DNA of 64,000 nt, taken from positions 124,000,001 to 124,064,000 of the forward strand of contig OZ024743.1 of NCBI GenBank assembly GCA_964016885.1, in the 5' to 3' direction. A program made the position numbers and the translations under genes. Below are positions 30,291 to 48,300 of this stretch, one piece after another (position 1 is the stretch's first letter; each line of letters begins with the position of its first letter). The DNA is from Eledone cirrhosa (Eukaryota). The notes below the pieces were generated by a model. That model had not been told where the DNA came from and made no database searches. It saw only the letters and a program-made list of their open reading frames with translations.

Positions 30291-32942
30291 GAAGGAGAAA
30301 GCATAATCCTCAATGCCCGTAAGTCGGTGATTAATTTCGACGACTCTATTTGGATTAGAAAATCTAATATTACCCCATTCGACGTGAGTATGGGCGCCGG
30401 CGATTCTGCGGAGGTTACTGATCTTATCGGCCTTTTCCTTCTTTTCTCTATCAAGGAAGAATTCCCCAACGTGGGCGGTGGTTTGTACCGTGATGATGGT
30501 CTTTTGACCATGACTAAGTGCGGCCCACGTGCTTGCGACAGGTTCAGAAAAGAACTCACAGCCTTCTTTAAAGGCTTCAACCTCTCCATACAGGTTGAGG
30601 CCAACCTCTCGGTCGTTAATTACCTCGACGTTACCCTCAATTTATCGAATGGATTGCATTACCCGTATAGAAAGCCGAATGATACGCTTAATTACATAAG
30701 TAAGCATTCTAACCATCCTGCCAGCATAACCAAGAACCTGGTAAGAAACGTTTCTTTGAGGCTTTCCCGTCTATCTACTAACGAGCATATTTTCAACGAC
30801 CATTCCACATATTACAATGAAGCTCTTTCTCGGAGTGGATTTGTCGATAAGCTAGCATATACAGAGTACGAGAATAGACCTAGAAGAAATAGATCCCGAC
30901 GCATTATATGGTATAACCCACCATATAATATGGAGGTGACTACACCATTAGCTAACATCTTTCTCTCCCTTATTATGAAGCATTTTTCCCCTACACATAA
31001 ATATAGTAAAATGTTTAATAGAAATACTATTAAAATTTCTTACTCTACGACTCCTAACCTTGCACATAACATCACAGCTTCAAATTTAGCTAAACTACCA
31101 AGCCGTAGGAACACGTGCAACACTGTAGTTAGTACTAACTGTAATTGTAGGAATCGGGTTAACTGCTCCCTAGCCGGGAAATGCCTCTCTAGTAACATTG
31201 TCTACAAATGTAAGGTTGAAACACCCACGTCCCGTAGGGTCTAATAGGGTTAACCGCCAATAGATTCAAATAGCGTTTTTACATGCATACCCATTCTTTT
31301 CGTAACCTTTAAGAAGGAATATGACGTCACTTTCAGCTTATATCTGGGGTCTAAAAGACAACCACACCCAATATAAGTTACACTGGGAGATCCTAGGTAG
31401 GGCTAGATCGTATAACGGAAATAAAAGACCATGTGACCTCTGCGCCTCTGAGGCCCTAGAAATACTCTACGCCAAAGACCACATCTTAAACAAAAAATCT
31501 GAGGCAATTTCGGCTTGTAAACATAAATTGCACAAAACTTTCCTGTATTACAGCCCCACATTATACCCTAACGGATAGTACGAACTATACGCGGATATTT
31601 TACGTCTTGATGTGGTAGCTAAATATATGTTATGTTTATACCATTACTTGTTTGTATAGGTAAGTATATATTACCTGTATGTTTTGTGAAGGTACGTATA
31701 CTTTCTCGTACGTATATTTGATTGTATATGTTATGGCGTATATATTATATATTCTGGTTCATATGCTTTTGGTTATGTGTATACGTGAGTTTTGCGTCTG
31801 TGTGAGTATGCGGGTTCGTACGTATGTAGGGTGTGTGTATATGTGTACTTTGTGTTTTGGTTGACGTACGTGTCCGAACATATGTGTATTTACATGTAGG
31901 TATGTGTGTGCGCTTGTTATAAACGTATTTATTTATTTATATACGTTTATTTAATTATATGTATACACGCACACACACACACATATATATATATTTTTTT
32001 TTTATATATATTTGTATGTGTATTTGGTGTATACATTCGTATGCGTGCGGGTACAGGCGATGCGTGGGTTCTGTATGTGCGTGCGGGTTTTTTTGTTTTG
32101 TTTTTTTTGTGTACGTGCGTGTATTTGTATACCTATGGCGAGTGTTTTCGCGTATGCGTATATGGATGCGTGTATGTATTTATTTAATTTCAATTACCTC
32201 TGTATTTTATTTACTTTATTCTTAACTCTGAAGCCGAGAATCATTCGGTTTCCTAGTTAGAATTATAGTCTACGACTTCTGCTATACCATTTACGTGGTT
32301 TTGTATTTGCGTGCAATTGTTCTCCTCGCTCGACATATGACGTATTATCTTCGTTTTTTTCCGTTCATTGCCAGAGAACGTCTCTATGAACCACCTAATA
32401 GAATATTAGTCTACAACTTCTTTTATACCATAAACGTGGTTTTGTCTTTGCGTGTAATTGTTTTTCACCGCTCCAAATAATTATTTCTACTTTTGGCACA
32501 AGGCCAGCAATTTTCCCAGTGTATTACTGGTACTTTATTTTATCGACCCCGTAAGGATGAAAGGCAAAGTTAACCTCGGTGGGATTTGAACTCAGACCAT
32601 AAAGGGCCGTAACTCTTTGCTGCAAAGCATGGCGTCCGACCCTCTACCGATACTTCCAATCCACCGCCCAAATAATGACGTATTATATTCGTTTCCACGA
32701 ACCAAAGTATCGTCTTCCTGTCTTCCTCCGGTTGCAACGTTTTTGAAATATTTACTTCTGCGTTCACAGATTTACTTTGTTAGTTTCAGAAGATCCCGTT
32801 AAGGGTGAAAGCAGCGATTCTTTGCTTAAACTTTAATCTGTTATTTTAATAAATATTTGCTCTACAGTTCTTGTATATTTGATATATATTTATCCTTATC
32901 GAGCCCTCTTTGGATTTTAGTCTTCAAATTTATTATTATTAC
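30291..32942 (+). mobile_element. 5'-truncated Penelope-like (Naiad-type) element C: RT C-half, GIY-YIG, 3' UTR with HHR (32782-32832) and SINE insertion (32480-32667)
   Basis: ORF 30327-31244 FDVSMGAGDSAEVTDLIG, GLYRDDGL, NYLDVTL, IIWYNPPY, CNCRNRVNCSLAGKC; ORF 31321-31578 CDLCASE..LNKKSE; ends at (TA)n. Confidence 0.92.
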
Positions 32943-32960
32943 TATATATATATATATATA

Positions 32961-32995
<35 letters not shown>

Positions 32996-32996
<1 letters not shown>

Positions 32997-33715
32997 CTAT
33001 AAATTATGTCCTTAGAATCATTTGATAAGATATATACTAAATTTCCTCTCGCAATTAGCATAATCAACCACACAAAAAACCAATTAAACCAGGCTATAAG
33101 ATTAAAAGGCATCTGTGAAGAAATAATAGATAAATAAACGATAGCCATCTATTCGCTATCAACAGTCATAGAATATTTACTCACCATTTCAATAGCGCGT
33201 GGAAATCGATTAAATATATCGTCAACCATACAGAATTAGGTATAAAATTAAAGTTAGAAGAAAAAATGCATATACACATACCAGGATTACGTTTCTTCCC
33301 TTTAGGGTTTCGTTCGCTTTCGGAAATATCCGATCAAGGATAAATTCTCGAGCTTCGAACTCATCAGGAAACAAACTCACTTGGACAAAGATTTTTCTTA
33401 AATGATCCCTGCCAGAAACGAATTCAAAATGGCTAAGAACTGTGACGTGGCAGTGGTCAAGTCAGAAAGAGTGTGATTGGTGCTTTACAGCCAGTAGGCT
33501 GGTTGCTAGAAAGCGCAGCCTAATATTGTTTTGTGTGGTTGATTATGCTAATTGGGAGAGGAAATTGAGTATATATCTTATCAAATGATTCTAAGGACAT
33601 AATTTATAGTATATTGCTCTGATTATTTAATTTATTAATTCATCATTGAGCCACATCGTGAATATGGTAGCCAAAAACATATCTATGACTTTGTCTAGTT
33701 TGGGTATATGTAAAT

Positions 33716-33718
<3 letters not shown>
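32996..33718. mobile_element. fold-back Penelope-like 3'-end element between (TA)n tracts with a degenerate HHR
   Basis: Arms ~32996-33078 / ~33528-33611, right arm extends ~105 nt further. 33291-33372(-): GTTTC-CTGATGA-GTTCG..CGAAC-GAAA-CCC TAAA GGG-AA-GAAAC (cleavage U lost). Confidence 0.75.
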
Positions 33719-33793
<75 letters not shown>

Positions 33794-33814
33794 TCATATA
33801 TATATATATATATA

Positions 33815-33850
<36 letters not shown>

Positions 33851-33851
<1 letters not shown>

Positions 33852-34247
33852 AGGGGAATGACACAGAAGAGTGCGTTTTTCTTTACAGGAATTTCAAACC
33901 ACCTGGTAGTGCGGACAATATCGGCCTCCCACATGCGGACGACCCACAGGGCCGAATTGGAACCCACTTAAATGGCGAAACATTCTCGTGGTGAGTGTGT
34001 ACATGTGTGTCTTAGGTGAGGTTGGTTTCTCAATTTAATTTATACTTTTAATTTTAATTTTTCCAATGCCTCTAGTAGCTTATATTCTCTTCACGCTGGT
34101 GGTTTGAAATTCCTGTAAAGAAAAACACACTCTTCTCTGTCTTTCCCCTCTGTATATTGTATTTTAGAGTGCCCAGGAAAACTCTTTCCTTTGAGCTCAT
34201 TTAATTACAGGATTAAACGCGAGTCCTTTGCTCCGTTATTTTACTGT
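33851..34247. mobile_element. fold-back Penelope-like 3'-end element with HHR-like motif (U4G core) at 33930-34007
   Basis: Arms 33851-33903 / ~34097-34150 plus ~95-nt tail; CACATG-CGGACGA-C CCA..TGG C-GAAA-CAT..GTG-TA-CATGTG. Confidence 0.7.
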
Positions 34248-34267
34248 GTATATGTATATTTATATGT

Positions 34268-34307
<40 letters not shown>

Positions 34308-34454
34308 TTATGTATATATGTATATGTATGTATATGTATATATGTGTATATGTATGTAAATGTATATATACATATGTATATGTGTATATATATATATATG
34401 TATATGTATATATATGTATATATATATGTATATGTATATATATATATATGTGTA

Positions 34455-34500
<46 letters not shown>

Positions 34501-34502
34501 TG

Positions 34503-34790
34503 AAGGCCCGTGGCTTTGTGGGTATCCGGCTCACAATCGTAAGGTTGTGAGTTCGATTCCAGGCGTTGACACTTTATTTCACGTTGCCCTAGTTCACTCA
34601 GCTGGCAAAAATGTGTTGTACCGGTCCAGCCACGTCACATTCTATGTTACGCTGAATCTCCCTGAGAACAACGCTAAGGGTACACGTGTCTGTGGAATGC
34701 TCAGGCACTTGCGCATTAATTTCACGAGAAGGTTGTTCGGTTGATCAGATAAACCGGAACACTCGTCCCTGTAACCGACGGAATGCCAGT
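34503..34790 (+). mobile_element. tRNA-derived SINE (second family)
   Basis: GGTTGTGAGTTCGATTCC B box followed by ACACTTTATTTCACGTTG; matches 3000-3172(-). Confidence 0.7.
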
Positions 34791-37777
34791 TATATGTGAA
34801 TATGTATCATTTCTTAAAGGAAGTAACTCTTAACAATAGATTTATTGAGTTATTTCCCTTACATATAGCTCAGAAAAACATTCGGTGAGTGTTTTTACTT
34901 CACTCTCCCGTTTGTGTGACGACAATCTTATCTAGTCTTCTAGCTTAGCTCTACTCTCCTGCTCCATAAAACGATTCGATTTACTATTGCTCATTTTTTT
35001 AGTGTTCCATTTGTTTCCTTTTTACTCAACCGCTGTTTTTACTTATGAGTTCTTTTTATTTTTTTTCCTTTAACTAAACAAATGCTTTAGTAAAAAAAAA
35101 AAACTACTATTAATATATTAGATTCTTACACTAACTCTGCTTTTTACTGTGAAAAAGAAATTAATAATGTTTCCCCAGGGACTCTGTTAGAAATTATTTG
35201 AACATCATCAGGGGTCTTACCTACCGGTCTCAACTACGGTGGCGATACGTGCCCAAACTAGATATCTCTTTTCAAGTAGGGTAACTTACTCATGTGGGAG
35301 GCCTCAAGTGACACATTCTCCAATGTCAACCTTGTCGCTTTGGTCGCAAACTCGAACACAGCCATCCGTAATACAGAGGAGCGAGTGGAGGGTAACTAAA
35401 TTTCAAGCTATGATTGACCGTCTCTTTTTGTGCCAATTGCCATTTTGTGCCAAATGGCAGACCCTTGACTGCCTTTTTTCTCCGCAAATTCGGAAGGAGA
35501 GAATCTCACCGAAGGAAGGAGCCTCATTGGGAAGACTAGCTGAATGTACCACCCAGGAAAGGATGCAGAGTTTTCCTCTTCCCCATCACCCCTCCTATTT
35601 TATCTCCCCTCCTTTTTTCCATCAGTTCCTGTTTGTAAATATATGCAACTGAATATAAAATTTCAATCAATAAAATTCATTTGATGTTATTATTTATTTT
35701 TTATATTATGCATTAACCTTTTCATTACCATATTTCTTATGAAAGGCACTGCCTATGATTTTCATATCATTTTGAAAATAATCAAAATTTTGCAGATTTC
35801 ATAATAATGAAGCTGGTGTTTTAAACATAAATTTACAAAGATTTTCTCGTAAACTTATGATACTAGGTTTTTAGATAAATATAGCCACTTTAAAACAAAC
35901 AATTAGGTATCGTAAAACCAGAGCTGAATTTAGGTTGTTTGATATAAAAATAAATAAGATCCCGCTATTACTGCGCTTAACGCAGGTAGCAGTCTTACTT
36001 ACTTATATTCTTTTCCTTTTGCTTTCTAACGCTCATAGATTCCGCACACCTATCCCCACCCTGGCCCTTCCCTTTAAATTCCCCTTTTAAAATCTTATGT
36101 TGCTGCTTTACACCCCTAAATGGAATATAGCATCCACTTTCGGAATGACTAGTGTAAAGTCACTTCAACCAAAAACGTGTTAAGGGAAGTAACTCGTGCA
36201 AGGTTGGACTAAATACTTAGGGTATTTTCCCTTTGACTAGAAAGTGTTTTAGTTTTCTTACAAAAAGAAAAGGGGGCAAAAATCTAACGTGTTCGATTTT
36301 TTTTATATACAAATTCTGATTTTATGAAATGGAATAGAAATGAGAAATGTTTTCTAATTAGCTGTGTGTTTGAAATTGATTCAGTAAAAATTTGAAATGG
36401 TTTCCGAATATCCTATTACTAGAAACTCAATCTAATTTACACCGTCCTTCCTCCGATGACATATATTTGTTAAGCTATATAAATTCAACTTCTGTTCAAA
36501 TTGGCTTTACTTGTTTACCCTTCCAGGGGTCGATAAAATAATAACAATCACTAGACAAACTCAATTAACATATTTCTGGCCGTAAGCTAATATTATTCAA
36601 AATTCCCACATCCTGGATGTTGTGACGAAAGTGAGAGTCAAAATATCTGTTACTAAACGGAATAACATTCAAAAGTACCAGGAATTATCAACAAACATTT
36701 TTTTTATTTTCACCCTGTGATAATCGAAACATTTGAAGGAGCTGAGTTACTGGTAATGAAGTTCTTGTTATTGTTGACGGCTCCATTATCGATGAAACAA
36801 ATGATGTTCACAAGGGCGCTTGGCTCTTCCCGCGCTTTAACCACCCTACCACCCGCAGCAATGCTGCATGTGTGTTGGCTTGCCTTCAAAATTATTAAAG
36901 AGAAACTCCATCGCCCCCTGTTGTCCTGTATGAAGTACGGGTCATCCGGGATTCTTTTCTTTTTTGTTTATTTTCATTCTATTTTCTTTCTCTTTCATTA
37001 CTTTCTTATTCCATATTGTTAACCTTTTGGTAATTTATGTAATTCAAAATTAATAAATGGTGGTGGTGGTGGTGGTAGTGGTGGTGGTGAGTAGCCCCAT
37101 GTAAGCCCTGAATGAGTATACCATCCCAGCAATTATATCGACTAGTTTCCGACAATAAAATGAAAGTGAAAAAGAAAATGTTTATTTACTTTCATTTTAT
37201 TATCGACTTTCATTGGAAATTTTTAGTTTAATTGAAAGTTGTTTATATACTTTTAGTTTATTGTTGATTTATATAGGAATTTAATTGTGGGTGTGGTTGC
37301 GTTCATGACATCAATTTTCAACAACAAAACTTTGTAGATTGCCCAACAATCCCAATATACAAACACAAATTATCGATTTCTAATTTTGATGCGAGGCTAA
37401 GTACATACATAAAATATTGAGAATACATGACAGTGGGAAAAAGAAAAGCTAATGCGCCAAACCGGTATATTTATAGATATATTCAATTCATAGATGCACG
37501 AATTATTATGGTATTATTTTACACATATGATAGATTCTATTCATACAATTTAACAACGTCTACTCACGTAGAAATATGTTGAATTTTATTAATTGTTCTT
37601 TCTTTAAAACTTGTTTACGGTAAGATTTACAAAAAGAGAAGAATTCACATAGAAATCAGTGCTAATTTTGTTTCATTTATTTTCACTATTTTTTTATTAT
37701 TAACCATACTAGACTAAATTATCTTCGACTATTCCTTTTCAAACAGTTTATTACAGTCTATATTATCTGATATATCA

Positions 37778-37903
<126 letters not shown>

Positions 37904-38571
37904 AGTGCGTGCGCGTGCGTGCGTGCCTGTGTGTGTGTGTGCGTGCGCGCGCGTGTGTGTATGTGTATGTGCGTGTGTGTAGTTAGAGAGAGATTTGGCT
38001 GCCCAAGTGACCACTTAGCGGTTCCTAATAAATGTTGGTGGTGGCTATAACATACATGTTATTGTAGTGTGGTATGTAGTTTTACAATAAATACATCTGG
38101 CTTCTACAAATGTAACTGGCTTTCATGTTTGTATCAATTGACGAATGCAGACAGTAGGAAACAGAAATTAGAGAGTTTTCTTGCTATACATGAACATTTC
38201 TTATCTACAAAAGGAAAGGGAATGAAAATAATTGGAGAAGTGCAGCTGGCTTGTAGAAAAAGAGCAACCGCCTTTTACAAGTGCATCCGGCTTCACTATT
38301 TATATTAACTGTGTAATCCATTATTTTATGGACAAAATAAATCATATCCGCGTTTTCCATCAAACTTTAACAAAGCCATGTTTGTGGGTTTTACATATCA
38401 GTGAGTGCATGTGTGTATAGAAACTGCGTTGTACGACATTTCCATCCTGATAACATCCCTCAGCCCCATACCAGTAATTTTAGCAGGCTTCTTATTTTAA
38501 TGAGAGGGATGAGGCATGGTTTTGAGGGACGTGTTTGAATTTAATATATGACCGTGTATGGTAGGTAGGGT

Positions 38572-38645
<74 letters not shown>

Positions 38646-38649
<4 letters not shown>

Positions 38650-39032
38650 GGAAAAAAATGAAACGAAATTTCATTTCCCACTCTTCGTACGGCTGTTACT
38701 TAAATATAAGTATGTATACGTACATACATATATGTATACAGACGTACAGTAGTATGTATATATATATATATACATACATGCACACACATATATATATGTA
38801 CGTATGGATTCACCGAACATTTATTATAATGCTCGGTGTGTTTGTAAACAAACATCCCGAATTAAGCCGTACAGTGTCTAGCAACCATCGTTGCTCATTT
38901 GTTCAACATTGACAAAGGAACGCTGTACTAGTTTCAAGTTTATTTGCTATCGTCAGCAACGTATACCTTCCTGCCAGATGATTGAACGTCTGAAAGTATA
39001 TACTTTCCTTATGCATATTAACGGCTGAGCAG

Positions 39033-39034
<2 letters not shown>
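38646..39034 (-). mobile_element. diverged single partial copy of the 466-bp HHR unit, between (TA)n tracts
   Basis: Collinear with the 45308-48667 array unit; HHR 38920-38962: ACGTTG-CTGACGA-TAGC..CTT-GAAA-CTAG-TA-CAGCGT. Confidence 0.85.
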
Positions 39035-39092
<58 letters not shown>

Positions 39093-39094
<2 letters not shown>

Positions 39095-39588
39095 ATCATC
39101 ATCATCATCATCATCAGGTCGAGCTTGCTCGGCTTTCTACGACACGTTTCCTCCATCCATCTCTGTCTCTCATAGCGTTTGCCAGTTCTTCCGCAGTGCA
39201 TCCAGTATCGTCCTCAAGTTCTTGACGTATGTCTTCTTGGGACGAGCAGCGTTTCTTGGTCCATGAGATGGACTCCATAATAACACATCACCTGATATTT
39301 CTTTCTTGCTGCGCCAACAGTGGCCAGTAAATCTGAGTCTCTGTCCACGTATTGACCTGCTGATAGGTGGTATATTGCCATAGAGATCCTTATTTGTTGG
39401 GTGCTCCCTCAAAGACACGTTTAAAGCAGCGCGGAGCATACGTGTGTATGCCCCGTCTAGCTTTTTCTCCAGTTTCGACGTTAGCGTCCAAGTGACAGAG
39501 CCGTAAACAAGCACAGATTCCACAGCAGCTCTGAAGAAATTCCTTTTCAGCTTGGCCGGCAGGTTTGATTTCCATATCTTTTCCATTG
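39093..39588 (-). mobile_element. 3' end of an RTE-type LINE with (TGA)n tail
   Basis: [41 protein letters not shown]; (TCA)n at 39093-39115. Confidence 0.85.
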
Positions 39589-39610
39589 CATTATATATAT
39601 ATATATATAT

Positions 39611-42638
<3,028 letters not shown>

Positions 42639-42664
42639 TATAGACTTATACTGTATATATATAT

Positions 42665-42730
<66 letters not shown>

Positions 42731-42756
42731 TATAGACTTATACTGTATATATATAT

Positions 42757-42822
<66 letters not shown>

Positions 42823-42859
42823 ATATATATATATATAGACTTATACTGTATATATATAT

Positions 42860-42929
<70 letters not shown>

Positions 42930-42945
42930 ATATATATATATATAT

Positions 42946-42985
<40 letters not shown>

Positions 42986-43215
42986 CACCCAATGACATGA
43001 CCTCCACCCATCTTAATCAGCACACCTTCCTCAACTTCCAGAATATGTATAAATATCACTATATCTCATTGACAGTCGGCTTTCCTGGTGATTTCTTTCG
43101 AATGAAACAGTTCTAGTCCTGTAGAAGCCATTTCTATATTTAAAATATATATATGTGTGAGTGCGTGTGGGGGGGGGGGGCGTGTGTATATATGTTTGTA
43201 TATATATATATATAT

Positions 43216-43985
43216 TCTTTGCGTTTGCTCGATGGGGCTGGGATCATCCTAGATCAGTGATACCAGAGGCGCCATCGTGCGTAGAGCCGACCTGGTCCAC
43301 CAGTGACCTCCATCGCTGGCGGCCCTGTGCTAGCCCCTCTGGATCTTCCAATGTGACGTCGAGTCTCTGGAGTCTTCCTTAATCACATCCAGCCATTTGT
43401 TGCGGGGCCTGACGGGGCTTATTCCAGCCCACAACTGCTGTATCGAACGAAAGTAAGGCTGAGGGCTGATGCACGCGTGCACGCAGCTCTTTGTTAGAAA
43501 CGTGGTGACATCATCTGATGTTCTTGATGGTCTTCTTTGCTAGGGGTCTTCGTGAGAGGCCACGTTTCTGCTCCATAACAGAGAACAGAGAGAATCGATG
43601 CGTTGTAGATACGGAGCTTTGTTTTCAGGGAGATGAGCAGTGGTGCCAATGGGGCTTCCATAGGGAGTGCATGGCCCCTGGTGGTCAAACTACATCTACG
43701 GTTGATCTCTGGGGCCAAGTCTCCATTGGTGGAGACTATGGAGTCCAGGTAAATGAAGGAGCTGACTAACTCCACGACGCAGGGGAGGATCTGGGCCTTC
43801 GCTGACATACTTCGCCCAGCTCACCTGAAGGCCAAGCTTTACTGATTCTTCTCGGCATATGGTCAATACGTCCCTGAGCTGATCGATCGAGTTGCTGGAC
43901 AGAGTATTCGAAGTCGGTAAGGTGATAGTTCCCGAAGGTAACGTCGGAAACTCACTCACAGACCTTGGTCATCAGATAGTCGATG
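43216..43985 (-). mobile_element. decayed RTE-type LINE 3' region
   Basis: LGLQVSWAK, FIYLDSIV, ISLKTKLRIYNASILSVLCYGAETWPL. Confidence 0.8.
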
Positions 43986-44064
43986 GCACACACACACACA
44001 CACACATACACACATACACACACATACACACACACATACATGTATGCATGCATACATACATACA

Positions 44065-45240
44065 TGATGGCTGCCCCCTCGTTATCGAGTATGGCCATTG
44101 CACGATATACCATTGTTAATAATTATTAATTAGTTCTATCGTGCAATGCCTGTGCGTGAAGATATTTTTTAAAGTGAGGAAAGACTGTGCACTGAGCCAG
44201 TCCAACTCTCTAAGCGACAGTAGCTATAACCCGAAAAGAAGAAAAGATCAACATCATCGGTAACTACCGAGCCGCAGGTTTTGTATCGGAGTTATCCCAG
44301 TTTCCTGAGTTGCCTTCTCCTAGAAGAATGCCCTGACAAAGGTTAGGGGTCCTTCACTCCCAGTGGTTTAACCGCGCGATCGGGTGTCCAGCCCGACTAT
44401 TTCTATGTCCCCGCGCATATACATACACATGCACCCATGTATATACACATATACATATACATACATATGTACATGTGTATATACGTATTTACACACTTTT
44501 GGATGGCCGTTGACTCTTATGAGTTCTTCGGCCCTTTCTTATGTTTTGTTTTTTGTCCTGCAGGGTATCCAAATTCACCCTCCTCACCAAGTAAACTTGG
44601 TGGGGTTGCCGGTTTAGTCGGCGACGACCCGACCATGCGACAGGTTGTACTGGGTTATATGTTACCAGTAGCACTCAAAGAGTGACCCGACATATATACA
44701 TATATACATACATGGTGGCTGAAAACTCTGTTAAGAGTATTGCAATCGCTTGTCAGATTACAGAAAATGGTGCACCTTTAGGCTATAGCCAGCCACACGA
44801 ACCTGTAACATAACCTGAACAAGCAATACCTATACTTTGAAGGTCTTTTAAGTGGGGAAAAGCCTTACACTCGACCAATCCCATTCTCTGAGCATTGAAA
44901 ACACTACCTGAAAAGGAGAACTGGTCAACATCATCGGATTCTTCCGAAGTCGCAGGGTTTTTTTTTGGGGGGGGGGGGGTCCCTCTCCTAGAAAGGTGTT
45001 GTGATAACTGGGGGCCTTTCACTCCCAGGACAAGAAAAAAAAAAGTACTATTTGGATGGCCATTGACTGAGTTCATCCGTCTTTTGCCGGGTCTTGTATT
45101 CATCCCGCATGGTGTCCAAATATCACCCTCCTCACCAAGCAAGCTTGGTGGCTTTGCCGGTTTAGTCGCCGACTACCCGACCATGAGACAGGTTGTACTG
45201 GGTTACATGTTACCCGTAGCACTCGAGAGCGACCTGACAT
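44065..45240 (-). mobile_element. cluster of SINE or LINE-5'UTR-like fragments including two diverged ~190-bp copies (44498-44692, 45050-45240)
   Basis: Shared TTTGGATGGCC.TTGACT...TCACCCTCCTCACCAAG..CTTGGTGG..TTGCCGGTTTAGTCG...GTAGCACTC; 44065-44410 and 44710-45030 are also mutually similar. Confidence 0.55.
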
Positions 45241-45274
45241 AACATACAAACATACAGACATACGTACGTGCATG

Positions 45275-45307
<33 letters not shown>

Positions 45308-45310
<3 letters not shown>

Positions 45311-48300
45311 TATGCATGTATACGTACATACATATATGTATACAGACGTACAGTAGCATGCACATATATATATATATATACATATATACATACATATGCA
45401 TACAGGTACACATACATATATGCACGTATCAGTTTAGCGGCGCTAACGTCGCTTTGTTCGTTTGTAAACAAACTGAACAGCCTGAATTTATGCCATACGG
45501 TGTTAAGGCAACCACGTCACCTTTTTGTTCAACACTGACACAGGAACGATGTACTAGTTTCAAGCTTGTTAGCTATCATCAGCACCGTTTACCCATCTGC
45601 CAGATAGTTGAACGTTCGAAAGTATATACTTTCCTTATGAAAATTAACGGCTGAGCAGCCTAATTTGCATATTGAGTGAGTTAAATCGGTCAGGCATACC
45701 GAAAACGATAAATTGAAACAAAATGAAAACGAAATTTCATTTCTCACTCTTAGTATGGCACTTACTTAAATGTAAGTATGCATGTATACGTACATACATA
45801 TATGTATACAGACGTACAGTAGCATGCACATATATATATATATATACATATATACATACATATGCATACAGGTACACATACATATATGCACGTATCAGTT
45901 TAGCGGCGCTAACGTCGCTTTGTTCGTTTGTAAACAAACTGAACAGCCTGAATTTATGCCATACGGTGTTAAGGCAACCACGTCACCTTTTTGTTCAACA
46001 CTGACACAGGAACGATGTACTAGTTTCAAGCTTGTTAGCTATCATCAGCACCGTTTACCCATCTGCCAGATAGTTGAACGTTCGAAAGTATATACTTTCC
46101 TTATGAAAATTAACGGCTGAGCAGCCTAATTTGCATATTGAGTGAGTTAAATCGGTCAGGCATACCGAAAACGATAAATTGAAACAAAATGAAAACGAAA
46201 TTTCATTTCTCACTCTTAGTATGGCACTTACTTAAATGTAAGTATGCATGTATACGTACATACATATATGTATACAGACGTACAGTAGCATGCACATATA
46301 TATATATATATACATATATACATACATATGCATACAGGTACACATACATATATGCACGTATCAGTTTAGCGGCGCTAACGTCGCTTTGTTCGTTTGTAAA
46401 CAAACTGAACAGCCTGAATTTATGCCATACGGTGTTAAGGCAACCACGTCACCTTTTTGTTCAACACTGACACAGGAACGATGTACTAGTTTCAAGCTTG
46501 TTAGCTATCATCAGCACCGTTTACCCATCTGCCAGATAGTTGAACGTTCGAAAGTATATACTTTCCTTATGAAAATTAACGGCTGAGCAGCCTAATTTGC
46601 ATATTGAGTGAGTTAAATCGGTCAGGCATACCGAAAACGATAAATTGAAACAAAATGAAAACGAAATTTCATTTCTCACTCTTAGTATGGCACTTACTTA
46701 AATGTAAGTATGCATGTATACGTACATACATATATGTATACAGACGTACAGTAGCATGCACATATATATATATATATACATATATACATACATATGCATA
46801 CAGGTACACATACATATATGCACGTATCAGTTTAGCGGCGCTAACGTCGCTTTGTTCGTTTGTAAACAAACTGAACAGCCTGAATTTATGCCATACGGTG
46901 TTAAGGCAACCACGTCACCTTTTTGTTCAACACTGACACAGGAACGATGTACTAGTTTCAAGCTTGTTAGCTATCATCAGCACCGTTTACCCATCTGCCA
47001 GATAGTTGAACGTTCGAAAGTATATACTTTCCTTATGAAAATTAACGGCTGAGCAGCCTAATTTGCATATTGAGTGAGTTAAATCGGTCAGGCATACCGA
47101 AAACGATAAATTGAAACAAAATGAAAACGAAATTTCATTTCTCACTCTTAGTATGGCACTTACTTAAATGTAAGTATGCATGTATACGTACATACATATA
47201 TGTATACAGACGTACAGTAGCATGCACATATATATATATATATACATATATACATACATATGCATACAGGTACACATACATATATGCACGTATCAGTTTA
47301 GCGGCGCTAACGTCGCTTTGTTCGTTTGTAAACAAACTGAACAGCCTGAATTTATGCCATACGGTGTTAAGGCAACCACGTCACCTTTTTGTTCAACACT
47401 GACACAGGAACGATGTACTAGTTTCAAGCTTGTTAGCTATCATCAGCACCGTTTACCCATCTGCCAGATAGTTGAACGTTCGAAAGTATATACTTTCCTT
47501 ATGAAAATTAACGGCTGAGCAGCCTAATTTGCATATTGAGTGAGTTAAATCGGTCAGGCATACCGAAAACGATAAATTGAAACAAAATGAAAACGAAATT
47601 TCATTTCTCACTCTTAGTATGGCACTTACTTAAATGTAAGTATGCATGTATACGTACATACATATATGTATACAGACGTACAGTAGCATGCACATATATA
47701 TATATATATACATATATACATACATATGCATACAGGTACACATACATATATGCACGTATCAGTTTAGCGGCGCTAACGTCGCTTTGTTCGTTTGTAAACA
47801 AACTGAACAGCCTGAATTTATGCCATACGGTGTTAAGGCAACCACGTCACCTTTTTGTTCAACACTGACACAGGAACGATGTACTAGTTTCAAGCTTGTT
47901 AGCTATCATCAGCACCGTTTACCCATCTGCCAGATAGTTGAACGTTCGAAAGTATATACTTTCCTTATGAAAATTAACGGCTGAGCAGCCTAATTTGCAT
48001 ATTGAGTGAGTTAAATCGGTCAGGCATACCGAAAACGATAAATTGAAACAAAATGAAAACGAAATTTCATTTCTCACTCTTAGTATGGCACTTACTTAAA
48101 TGTAAGTATGCATGTATACGTACATACATATATGTATACAGACGTACAGTAGCATGCACATATATATATATATATACATATATACATACATATGCATACA
48201 GGTACACATACATATATGCACGTATCAGTTTAGCGGCGCTAACGTCGCTTTGTTCGTTTGTAAACAAACTGAACAGCCTGAATTTATGCCATACGGTGTT

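Noticed and set aside
35165-35216. Minus-strand CTGATGA plus TGTT/AACA stem
   Set aside because: Followed by GAGT rather than GAAA; no helix I closure.
36712-36950. GC-richer open frames that could be a host exon
   Set aside because: No recognisable protein and weak splice signals; needs RNA-seq or homology evidence.
44560-44692. Possible HDV-like or twister ribozyme in the ~190-bp repeat
   Set aside because: Could not build a fold consistent in both copies.
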